From: Aurantimonadaceae bacterium | GTDB taxonomy: Bacteria; Pseudomonadota; Alphaproteobacteria; Rhizobiales; Rhizobiaceae | NCBI GenBank assembly: GCA_003232595.1 | Contig: QIIJ01000298.1 | Coordinates: 1-38,857, forward strand | Reading direction: 5' to 3' | DNA length: 38,857 bases | Part shown: positions 9,048-17,062 of the stretch, in pieces | Layout: the number at the start of each line of letters is the position of its first letter | Numbering within the stretch: position 1 is the stretch's first letter | Position numbers and translations under genes: made by a program | Notes under the pieces: generated by a model | Database searches by the model: none | Told to the model about the DNA's origin: nothing | What the model saw: the letters and a program-made list of their open reading frames with translations, nothing else

Positions 9048-9216
9048 CAATTTCTCTCTACATAATTTAAGTGGACCGGTGCCGATGAGATTAGCGGTCG
9101 AACCTTGCACGAACTTGCGGGAGCATCAGAAAGGATCTGTTCGAAAGTCACTTCTCAGCCATATCCCCGGGTTTTCATTCCGACACAGGGATTTTCTGCT
9201 GCTGGTCACGGATTGA

Positions 9217-9483
9217 TCAAAATCCGGTTGATATTCTTGAAAACGACAATGTGGACAGGATGTTGATTTGTGATGCCATGAATGGTGCTGCGATTGATGC
9301 CACGACAAGCACGGCCACGATTTTTGGAATGAATGTCAAGGTGAGTTCCTGGATTTGCGTCAAAGCCTGGAGCAGAGCAATAAGAGTTCCAATCAGCATC
9401 GCTGTAATGATGATCGGCGCCGAGACCTTCAGCAACGTCTGGAATGCAAACTGAATGAGTTCAAGCGCGTCTGCTTCATTCAT
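9217..9483 (-). CDS. fliQ: flagellar export apparatus protein FliQ
   Basis: 88 aa with two TM helices. MNEADALELIQFAFQTLLKVSAPIIITAMLIGTLIALLQALTQIQE is the FliQ/SctS signature. Confidence 0.92.
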   Translation of the reverse strand: MNEADALELIQFAFQTLLKVSAPIIITAMLIGTLIALLQALTQIQELTLTFIPKIVAVLVVASIAAPFMASQINILSTLSFSRISTGF

Positions 9484-9528
9484 AGAACTGACACCAAGGG
9501 AGTTACCTTCCTGCGGGTTGTTGATTGA

Positions 9529-9942
9529 TCATCGCTCGATTACGACCCCGTCGCCGATGGTCAGGCTGCTTCCATCATTCAGCTTTGCGACAAGACCGTT
9601 GTCAGTAAGAGTAACGGAACTAACGATACCTCTTTGGTTACCATCAGCGGATGATACAGTAAGCCCGATTACATTGGCCGCCTGATTCAGAAGATTTACC
9701 TGGATGAGTTCAGTCAACTTCAAATTGGTCTGGAGTTGCTGCTCAACACTGGAAAATGTCGCCAGCTGTGCAATGAATTCGCCCGGGTCAGAAGGCGCAG
9801 TTGGATCCTGGTTTTTCAGTTGTGTGACCAAAAGCGACAGGAATGCGTCGTAGTCCGCAGTTTTCGCAGATGAACCGGCATTTGTTTCACTTGCAGTTCC
9901 TGAGGTCTGTCCCGCCAGTGAGATCGCATCTACATTTGCCAT
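9529..9942 (-). CDS. flgD: flagellar hook capping/assembly protein FlgD (short form)
   Basis: 137 aa. The N-terminal FlgD motif is DYDAFLSLLVTQLKNQDPTAPSDPGEFIAQLATFSSVEQ. Its start overlaps the flbT stop (TAATG). Confidence 0.88.
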   Translation of the reverse strand: MANVDAISLAGQTSGTASETNAGSSAKTADYDAFLSLLVTQLKNQDPTAPSDPGEFIAQLATFSSVEQQLQTNLKLTELIQVNLLNQAANVIGLTVSSADGNQRGIVSSVTLTDNGLVAKLNDGSSLTIGDGVVIER

Positions 9943-10379
9943 TATACAAATTCCTCTTTTATTGGCACTTGTGCCGCCTCAGCGTCAGGTCGCTCGTTCA
10001 AAATCATTTCTTCAAGTGGGAACAGCTCGCGGATCATTTTTAAGGCGGCAAAGGCCTTGCCGGATGAAACCTCCACATCCACCTCTTTTACACGTTGTAT
10101 CAATTCCTGGTTTTCAAGATTGCCCAGAATGTCAGACACAATCCTTCTGAAAAGCTCAATCGAGTTTTCCAGGCTTGCCGGATCTATCAAAAGCAATTGC
10201 ACTGCAAAATACAATTGTTTCAGCGGTGTTGTAGCGTCTTCTTTTTGCAGAACGTGATTTTCCAGCAGAAAGGTTGCATTATTCAGCAACTCAAATGACA
10301 CTTTGCGATCTGTGCGCAACACAGCCCCATTAATAAACAGACGATCGTTTGCACGTAGAAACAGTCGAATATTACCCAT
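9942..10379 (-). CDS. flbT: flagellin synthesis regulator FlbT
   Basis: 145 aa from ATG 10379, which overlaps the flaF stop (TGATG). MGNIRLFLRANDRLFINGAVLRTDRKVSFELLN is the FlbT-family N-terminus. The flaF-flbT pairing is conserved. Confidence 0.85.
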   Translation of the reverse strand: MGNIRLFLRANDRLFINGAVLRTDRKVSFELLNNATFLLENHVLQKEDATTPLKQLYFAVQLLLIDPASLENSIELFRRIVSDILGNLENQELIQRVKEVDVEVSSGKAFAALKMIRELFPLEEMILNERPDAEAAQVPIKEEFV

Positions 10380-10726
10380 CACTTCAACCCTGCATGTATT
10401 ATTTCGGATATCTCTCTGACCGGCTTGAAGGCGATGGCGGGATTTGTTCGCATTTTATCCATATGCTTCATGATGAATATGCCGATGGATATCAGTGTTG
10501 CCTTGAACTCCTGATTACTGTGGTTTTCTTCTGATGCCAGGTCGTTGAGGAGGTAGTTCCACACCCTTGTGACATAGTTGATTGTCTCAATCCGCCCGTT
10601 CGCATTGTCAGGGTTGTCATCGCTCAACAGCATTTGTTCAATTGACGTGCCGATGACTTCCCTCTCGCCCGCACGCGCATCTTGTTGCCCGTCTTCAATT
10701 ATCTCCAAATAAGCTTGGTTTTTCAT
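10379..10726 (-). CDS. flaF: flagellin synthesis regulator FlaF
   Basis: 115 aa. It sits between flgL and flbT, the conserved position in Rhizobiales and Caulobacter. The segment VTRVWNYLLNDLAS...N is FlaF-like. Confidence 0.75.
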   Translation of the reverse strand: MKNQAYLEIIEDGQQDARAGEREVIGTSIEQMLLSDDNPDNANGRIETINYVTRVWNYLLNDLASEENHSNQEFKATLISIGIFIMKHMDKMRTNPAIAFKPVREISEIIHAGLK

Positions 10727-10749
10727 GGTTTATGTACTTTCAATGACAA

Positions 10750-11799
10750 TTATAAATAGTTCAGAATTGACAACGACTGAATTCTTGCGGTAACGGCGTA
10801 GGAGGCCTCGAGGCTCACAACAATCTGGTTAAGCCGGGTGGCGGCTTCATAGGAATCTACATCGGTTAAACTGGCAAGTTGTTGGTCCAGAATACTCTTC
10901 TGGTATTCCATTCTGTCATTGGCATTTTGAATACGTTTCTCAACAGTACCAATCTTTGCCTGCTCTGCCCCCAGTTCAATGACGTTTTCTGCCATTAACT
11001 GCAAAGCAGAGTTTGTAAGTTGATCGATGGTCGATGGCTTTAATTGCCCGTTGGCAAATTCGTTGATCAATACGGAAGCTGCGGTAATCTTGCGGAAGGC
11101 TTCTGCATTTGCAGTCGTTGGTGTTTCAACCAGTTCACGGGTTGAAATCTTCGACCGCATTCCGCGCTCCGAAGCACCGCTCCACATCGACTGCCAGTTT
11201 GTATCATTGAACAGGTCCATGAAAGGCCCGTCGATAAAAGCCTTGAGTGCAGCAGGCGTTATTGATTGCGCTGCCGGGTCTCCTGCCCAAAATCCAAATG
11301 CAGTGGTAAATGCATCCTGCACCGCAGTTATTGCAGGCGCTCCTGAAGCCGACTGATAATCGACCAGCGCCGCATTGTCGGTATTGATCCCGGAAAATAC
11401 ATATTCACCGTTAATCGTAGTGTTAACAGCCGAGGTCAATTCCTCCAACGCCGACTGACCGATCGTTTGCAACAAACTCTTGTCCAGCGATCCGTTGAGT
11501 TCCGCCGTAAGCTGCCCGATAAAATTATTAGCGCTCTCGATCATAGAACCCATAGCGACCTGCATGGTCGAAAGGCGGTTTTCTGCAAACGAGTTTGTGA
11601 TCTCAATTTGACTGATATATTGAACCTGCCTTTCCAGGGTTACGACCGATGATGTAAAATACCCGTATTTTTTCCCGATATCGGCGTAACGGCCGGTAAC
11701 TGCCTCCTTTTGCGCATCAATCAATTCACGTTGCAGATTGGCGGTATTCAATCTAAGATTGTTGCTCAGGGCATAGGTGGATATGCTGTCTAGTTTCAT
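10750..11799 (-). CDS. flgL: hook-filament junction protein FlgL (HAP3)
   Basis: 349 aa. The N-terminus (STYALSNNLRLNTANLQRELIDAQKEAVTGR) and C-terminus (ATRLNQIVVSLEASYAVTARIQSLSILNYL) are flagellin-like. It lies directly downstream of flgK. Confidence 0.88.
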   Translation of the reverse strand: MKLDSISTYALSNNLRLNTANLQRELIDAQKEAVTGRYADIGKKYGYFTSSVVTLERQVQYISQIEITNSFAENRLSTMQVAMGSMIESANNFIGQLTAELNGSLDKSLLQTIGQSALEELTSAVNTTINGEYVFSGINTDNAALVDYQSASGAPAITAVQDAFTTAFGFWAGDPAAQSITPAALKAFIDGPFMDLFNDTNWQSMWSGASERGMRSKISTRELVETPTTANAEAFRKITAASVLINEFANGQLKPSTIDQLTNSALQLMAENVIELGAEQAKIGTVEKRIQNANDRMEYQKSILDQQLASLTDVDSYEAATRLNQIVVSLEASYAVTARIQSLSILNYL

Positions 11800-11801
11800 A
11801 A

Positions 11802-13271
11802 TTACCCCGTAGCGTTTAAAAGCACAGTAAACATCTCATCAATCGCCGATATCAGCTTGGCAGAAGCCTGATAAGATCGTTCCACCTCCAGCAGTCGCGA
11901 CATTTCAATGTCAAGATTAGGTCCCGTTTCGTTCAGCAGCGTCTCCTTGTAGCGGATCGCCAACTCACTACTATAGCTTTTTGCGCCATGGGCGCTCTGC
12001 CTGCCGCCATTCAACCAATCCAGCGATGAAGAAGCAAAATCCAGAAGGCTCTGGCTTGCCGGCAGCCCGGCCTGCGGGTCAAAGCCAGACAAGGAGGAGA
12101 AAGCCGCCGAAAGATTGAGAAGCCGGTCGCCAAATCCTGCACCACCTGCTGAATTGTAGACATAATCGGCATCCCCGTTAATCCCGCCATCCCTTACCAA
12201 TTCAGGATCGCCACCCTGTTGAGGGTCAACCAGCGGATTAATCCGGATTGACATCGATATACCGGTTTCCAACATTGCGGACGTCGGAACTCCAGGTCCA
12301 CCGCTCCAGGTGAACAAACCTGCGGAGGTCGGCTTGGTTCCGGCGGGTGATTGATCATTTTCGGCAAATAATTCAATCAGTGACCGGGAAATTTCATCCA
12401 ACTGCTTTTGCTGCCGAACGAGAATATCGTCCCGCAGTTCCAGATTTCCGGCAATTCGCCCGGCGTCGATTGCCAAAGAGGCATTGCTGCCGTTTGCCGG
12501 AACGCCATCAATAAACAGCGTGCCACCGGTGGTTGCCGGACCATAGGAAGGCGTCGACTGAAATGACACCAGTCTTGGAACTTTTTCAAATAACAACAAT
12601 CCGTTGCTTGCCATGACCATGATGTCATTGTTTCCCCGTGGAACGACCTTCAACCCGATATCGTCAGAGAGTTCCGCCAGAATTTCGTCACGAACATCAA
12701 GACTGTCGAAAACATCATCGCCCATTCTTGTACCGTTGACAATTTGGTTATTTACAGTTTCCAGTTGGCCCAGCAGCCGGTTGATTGATGATACACTATC
12801 GCTGATTTGTCTGTCGGCCGTAGCACGCATGGAAAGTGTATCTTGGTAGAACTGGTTTAAGGATGTTGCGGTTGTTCTGGCCTGCTCGACCAGTGAAGAC
12901 AACACTGCGCTGTTTGACGGCGAAGCGGCAGCCAGCTCTGTTGCCTGCATCAGATCATTCAGCAAACCTGCCGGTGAGTATGAAAAGTTGTCGCCGCCCT
13001 GAAGGTCCACCAGGCGATCGAATCCGGCGGCAATAACATTGGCCCCGGCCGAATTGGCGGAAGCGAGAATTGATGCATCATAGACAGACCGATTGACATA
13101 TCGCTGGGTATCAACGCGGATTGTTCCATAAATGCCGGTTGAAACAACGGCTTCCCTGCGCACATAATTTTCATTACCCACGCCGGAGATATTTCTGGAC
13201 AGGATGGAAACCTGTTTTGCGTTGACAGCAATCGCATTGGTTGCCGTACGAAGGGCGTTAGTGAGCGTCAC
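11802..13271 (-). CDS. flgK: hook-associated protein FlgK (HAP1)
   Basis: 489 aa with a GTG start at 13271. The N-terminus is ALRTATNAIAVNAKQVSILSRNISGVGNENYVRR. The C-terminus is MSRLLEVERSYQASAKLISAIDEMFTVLLN, the rod/hook-family terminal heptads. Confidence 0.92.
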   Translation of the reverse strand: MTLTNALRTATNAIAVNAKQVSILSRNISGVGNENYVRREAVVSTGIYGTIRVDTQRYVNRSVYDASILASANSAGANVIAAGFDRLVDLQGGDNFSYSPAGLLNDLMQATELAAASPSNSAVLSSLVEQARTTATSLNQFYQDTLSMRATADRQISDSVSSINRLLGQLETVNNQIVNGTRMGDDVFDSLDVRDEILAELSDDIGLKVVPRGNNDIMVMASNGLLLFEKVPRLVSFQSTPSYGPATTGGTLFIDGVPANGSNASLAIDAGRIAGNLELRDDILVRQQKQLDEISRSLIELFAENDQSPAGTKPTSAGLFTWSGGPGVPTSAMLETGISMSIRINPLVDPQQGGDPELVRDGGINGDADYVYNSAGGAGFGDRLLNLSAAFSSLSGFDPQAGLPASQSLLDFASSSLDWLNGGRQSAHGAKSYSSELAIRYKETLLNETGPNLDIEMSRLLEVERSYQASAKLISAIDEMFTVLLNATG

Positions 13272-13273
13272 CT

Positions 13274-13560
13274 AGACCCTTTCTTGCTTACACGGAAGCA
13301 TTTGGCCGAATTTCCGCGTTTGCTGGCAAGGCGTATTTTCTGCCGTGGTCTGGATGACCACAAATGAAGCACTACAAAGCCCAGAAAGCGAGGAAAACCG
13401 TCCTCCGATGACCCGGATCAGTCCATCAGCTCGCCTGCCCTCGGGCTTGTCCCGGGGGTTGCGAAATTTGAACGATGAACCACATCGCCCTGAGCTTCGC
13501 GCCTTGCTGAATGAACTGATCTGGGTCATCAAATGATTCCGTGTAAGCAAGAAAGGGTCT
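13274..13560. repeat. 287-bp MITE-like element bounded by 24-bp perfect terminal inverted repeats
   Basis: agaccctttcttgcttacacggaa (13274-13297) is the exact reverse complement of ttccgtgtaagcaagaaagggtct (13537-13560). The pairing extends inward to 31 bp with one mismatch (13274-13304 vs 13530-13560). I see no convincing CDS inside. The element fills the flgE-flgK spacer. Confidence 0.7.
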
Positions 13561-13591
13561 GGGTTTATCACCGACCTGAGTTCGAGCACTT

Positions 13592-14848
13592 TTATCGCTT
13601 CAGATTGACCAATACGTCCATTAGTTCCGATCCGGTCTGAAATACCTTTGAATTGGCCGTGTAGCTCCGTTGCGACTCGATCATGATCGTTAGTTCCGTG
13701 GCCATATCAACATTGGATTCCTCCAGGGCATTGGCGATAATGCTGCCAAATCCAGAGGCTTCCGCGGTCCCGACCAGCACATCACCAGAATCCACCGTTA
13801 CCGAAAACGCGTTGCCCGGCAGTGCCTGAAGATTGTCCGGGCTTGGAACATTTGCCAAAGCTAATTGATAGATCGGCCTGGCATAGCCATTTTGGTATAT
13901 GCCGTATACCGTACCATCGCCGTTGACCTCAACCCGGTCAATGCTGGCTGGAGAACTGCCATTGGCCTGGGCAGACAGCACCTGATAATCTGTTCCAAGC
14001 TGACTGATACCGCTGATATCCAGTGACATTGTAGCGCCGCCGGGGACCGGAATACTTAAACTCGTCGAACCACCACCAGCTACATACCCGGTTGCCGGAT
14101 CAAAAATTATAGTCTCCAGAGCAGTCGGTCCACCGGAATAGGGAAAGGAACCATTGGTTGCGCCCAATGCATCGTAAGTCGCGACCTGCCAGGTATCAGC
14201 GGCTGTTTTGGCAAAATAAATATCGATGATCTTCTCGTTTCCCAAAGTATCGTAAGTCACTAAAGAAGTTTTTCCGGCATATTCGGAAGAAGCCACATTA
14301 TCTGAAGGTAAAGAACCAGCCGCTGCCACCGGCGCATTGGATGGCAGGTTGGGCAACAACACCCCTTCAGTAGTTGCTGCAGCCTTCAATGTTTGTAATC
14401 CGGTATTGATTGGCACAAGCCCGCCAAACCCTCCCACCACCGGCACCGCAGATGCGGTTGTGAGATCATATCCCATCAAGCTATGGCCAGCAGAATTGAC
14501 AAGATTGCCGATGTTATTTACCAGGAAAGAGCCAGCGCGCGTCAGGAAAGTATCACCCGCCCCGTCACGTACGATAAAAAGTCCGTCACCACTAATGGCA
14601 AGGTCTGAAGGCGAAGTTGTCGATTTGATAGCACCCTGATTGCTGATATCCAGACGTGTCGTGGTGCTGACGCTGCCTGATCGGTAAGAGCCGGCGTTGG
14701 TATCAAGAACCTGCGTATTGAATTCGACTTGCGAACGCTTGTATCCAATCGTGCCGGAATTTGCAATATTGTCAGCGACGGTTGCAAGCCTGCCTGCCTG
14801 TGCTGCCATTCCAGAAACGCTTGTTCTCATAATTCCAAACAGACTCAT
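13592..14848 (-). CDS. flgE: flagellar hook protein FlgE
   Basis: 418 aa. The N-terminus is MSLFGIMRTSVSGMAAQAGRLATVADNIANSGTIGYKR. The C-terminus is ESNVDMATELTIMIESQRSYTANSKVFQTGSELMDVLVNLKR. Confidence 0.95.
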   Translation of the reverse strand: MSLFGIMRTSVSGMAAQAGRLATVADNIANSGTIGYKRSQVEFNTQVLDTNAGSYRSGSVSTTTRLDISNQGAIKSTTSPSDLAISGDGLFIVRDGAGDTFLTRAGSFLVNNIGNLVNSAGHSLMGYDLTTASAVPVVGGFGGLVPINTGLQTLKAAATTEGVLLPNLPSNAPVAAAGSLPSDNVASSEYAGKTSLVTYDTLGNEKIIDIYFAKTAADTWQVATYDALGATNGSFPYSGGPTALETIIFDPATGYVAGGGSTSLSIPVPGGATMSLDISGISQLGTDYQVLSAQANGSSPASIDRVEVNGDGTVYGIYQNGYARPIYQLALANVPSPDNLQALPGNAFSVTVDSGDVLVGTAEASGFGSIIANALEESNVDMATELTIMIESQRSYTANSKVFQTGSELMDVLVNLKR

Positions 14849-14955
14849 TCTGTATTCCCTCGCTTATTGGGGCTAGATTTCCCTTTGAGATGCAGTCAAT
14901 TGGACAATGTTGCCACAGGTTTCTTGTGTGAACCTATCGCGCCGATGGCTGGAAA

Positions 14956-15669
14956 TTATGCGATCAGGCGTTGGAGCGTTCTTTTTTCCACCGTCACAAC
15001 CTGCGGATCCAGTCGGTAACCAAGATAACGTTTGGAATTTATCGGATCAAACCCGAGATATGACCGCAGCTTTTTCCTCAGCTTGCTGATGTGGCTCTCG
15101 ATCACGTTTTCCTCGATATGCTCGTCGAACAGGCCGTACACTGCGCCAAATATCTGCGCCTTTGTAACACGCCGTCCATTTATGCTGGCAAGATATTCCA
15201 GAATTCGACGCTCACGCCTTGGCAACAACATCTGTTTTCCCATCAGTTCAGGATCGCGTCCATCAAAATAAATGACGATCGGCTCTTTTGCGCGTTGGCG
15301 GGTCTTTTGTACCATACGCTTCTTTATCGTCGCAATTCGAATAAGCAGCTCTTCAAAGTGAACCGGCTTGACAACAACATCGTCGACACCAAGATGATAG
15401 TAGCTGGTTAATTGTTCCAGGGAACGCCTTTCAAGCAAAGCAATAACGGGAATATCCAGTTTGTCGCGTATTACCTTGATCGAACGACCAGCATCGACAC
15501 ATTCGCCAACCAGAACCGCTTCCACAGAGGCCAGATCAAGAACGCTGCTGGTGTTTATCCAGTCAATCAAATCCAACGCAGTCAGCCGGACCAGAATCTC
15601 GCCGGCTTTTTGAAAACGATTTTTATACCCGTCAACAACCAACTGCCTGTCTTCGATAAATATGATCAT
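14956..15669 (-). CDS. ftcR: OmpR-family flagellar master regulator (FtcR/Rem type) with atypical receiver domain
   Basis: 237 aa with an N-terminal CheY-like fold and a C-terminal winged helix (RRILEYLASINGRRVTKAQIFGAVYG...HISKLRKKL...GYRL). Its position between fliK(motD) and flgE is the same as Brucella ftcR and Sinorhizobium/Agrobacterium rem. Confidence 0.8.
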   Translation of the reverse strand: MIIFIEDRQLVVDGYKNRFQKAGEILVRLTALDLIDWINTSSVLDLASVEAVLVGECVDAGRSIKVIRDKLDIPVIALLERRSLEQLTSYYHLGVDDVVVKPVHFEELLIRIATIKKRMVQKTRQRAKEPIVIYFDGRDPELMGKQMLLPRRERRILEYLASINGRRVTKAQIFGAVYGLFDEHIEENVIESHISKLRKKLRSYLGFDPINSKRYLGYRLDPQVVTVEKRTLQRLIA

Positions 15670-15697
15670 ATTGGCTCCGCGAATCAGGTAAATTTCT

Positions 15698-15714
15698 GTT
15701 ATTGAATCAATAAC
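15698..15714. promoter_or_regulatory. perfect 17-bp palindrome (8-1-8) in the ftcR upstream region, candidate operator
   Basis: GTTATTGA-A-TCAATAAC lies 29-45 nt upstream of the ftcR ATG (15669), within a 94-bp AT-rich spacer. The ftcR SD (GGAG) sits between the palindrome and the ATG. Confidence 0.45.
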
Positions 15715-15763
15715 CTATAAGTTGATTACCTGCAAATTCTTAAACTTTTAGTTGTAGGTCAAT

Positions 15764-17062
15764 TCACCAATAAGTCCCGCTACGGTGTTCAATATCACTT
15801 GAAACCCGCGTGGTTAAGTCAGAAATTCTTTTCGAGTTTTGGGGCTGAAAACTCGATTTTCTCTCCAACTCTGTTGCCAATTGCTGTTTTTTCGCACCGT
15901 TGAAATTGTCTAAACCGGAATTATCCGTCTGCGTGCCGATAATTCTGGCTTCTCTAGGATCAATTTGCTCAAGCCGCGGATTGTGTTTTAGGATGATTTC
16001 ATTGGTGGTCAATCCAGACGCTGTCAGTGTATTGGATATTGAGGTTAATTCGGTGCGAAGCAGAGATTCAGCACCTCGCGTCTTTGTTTCAATTACAATC
16101 TCCAGACGACCTCTGCTGCGACTTATCTTCACCTCAACAACACCAAGATTTTTTGGCACCAACTGTATTTCAATTGTCTGTACAGTGTTGGATAAACCCT
16201 GGGGCACAACAGTCAGACTGTTTGAGACAGCAGCAGGGGTGGGCGGCGAATAGATATTCTGGATGATGGCTTTGGTAATGTTCAAAGCAGCCGGTGCCAA
16301 AACGGGTTTTTGTTCCATTGTCCGAATAGCAGTGGCATTGTCCCGGTCTCTTTCGACCCGCAAATTTTGATATTGCTCTTTTGGCGCAGCTTCCTTTTGC
16401 ATCTGATCGTCCACCAGGCGACCGGATGTGAGGACGGCCTTTGTTGACTCAAATGCCAAACCCGGCACAGGATTGACTGCAGGAGACCTGCTGCTGCCAC
16501 GAGGTCGATCCGGCGCAGCAACTGCCTTGATTTGTGGTTCAATAGCTTTTTGTACCAACAGCGATCCGTCAGCCCCATCCTTTGCGGCCGGATTTTGCGA
16601 TTGAACTGCACTCCACTTGTCCCTCGGACTATTGCCAGGGGTGGTACCCGTGTGTGCGCGTCTTTCCTGCAGCACTTCAGAACCGGTAGCAGCGCCAGAA
16701 ACCGGCCGGGAAGAACCATATTTTACAGTTAACTGAATGGCCGTGGAGTATGATGGCTGGAAATTCCGGACTTGCCTGCCATTGTCTGCTTCTGTCCCGT
16801 TAATCCCGTCCTCCTGCTGCCCAACAGTGTCTCCGGATTTGGTTGAATCAATTTCCGGGTTAAGATTTTCGTTTTGGCGCGTTTCTGTATGGAATACCTT
16901 TGTCCATTTTTCCTGGAAATGCTCCGGTTCCTGCCTGGCGCGAATTAAGGAATGAAATTCGGAGATATCTGAATCATACCTGGTTTTTGAACCCGGTGTC
17001 GTGTCGGTCTGCCTGCTAATTGCATTGACAATGGTCTGAACAATGTTTCCGGTTAATTTCAT
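15764..17062 (-). CDS. fliK: flagellar hook-length control protein FliK (formerly MotD)
   Basis: 432 aa. The N-terminal two-thirds are low-complexity and Pro/Gln/Ser-rich. The C-terminus is Flg_hook-like (IEIQLVPKNLGVVEVKISRSRGRLEIVIETKTRGAESLLRTELTSISNTLTASGL). It is the last gene of the motB-motC-motD unit, with a 4-nt overlap with motC. Confidence 0.8.
   Translation of the reverse strand: MKLTGNIVQTIVNAISRQTDTTPGSKTRYDSDISEFHSLIRARQEPEHFQEKWTKVFHTETRQNENLNPEIDSTKSGDTVGQQEDGINGTEADNGRQVRNFQPSYSTAIQLTVKYGSSRPVSGAATGSEVLQERRAHTGTTPGNSPRDKWSAVQSQNPAAKDGADGSLLVQKAIEPQIKAVAAPDRPRGSSRSPAVNPVPGLAFESTKAVLTSGRLVDDQMQKEAAPKEQYQNLRVERDRDNATAIRTMEQKPVLAPAALNITKAIIQNIYSPPTPAAVSNSLTVVPQGLSNTVQTIEIQLVPKNLGVVEVKISRSRGRLEIVIETKTRGAESLLRTELTSISNTLTASGLTTNEIILKHNPRLEQIDPREARIIGTQTDNSGLDNFNGAKKQQLATELERKSSFQPQNSKRISDLTTRVSSDIEHRSGTYW

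Noticed and set aside
9048-9110. N-terminal extensions offered by the ORF track for flhA (to 9110), flgJ (4618), the DUF1217 gene (34526), the GntR gene (37009), dctP (37044), flgB (28913) and flbT (10382).
   Set aside because: The extensions start at GTG or TTG codons and either overlap upstream genes or add non-conserved residues. Internal ATGs give family-typical N-termini, better SDs, or classic stop/start overlaps.
13272-13589. A 105-aa minus-strand ORF and a 63-aa plus-strand ORF (13345-13536) inside the flgE-flgK spacer.
   Set aside because: The 105-aa frame starts at a GTG with no SD and simply reads through the inverted-repeat element up to the flgK start. Its translation is Arg/Ser-rich with no recognisable fold or family. 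I interpret the interval as a non-coding IR element.
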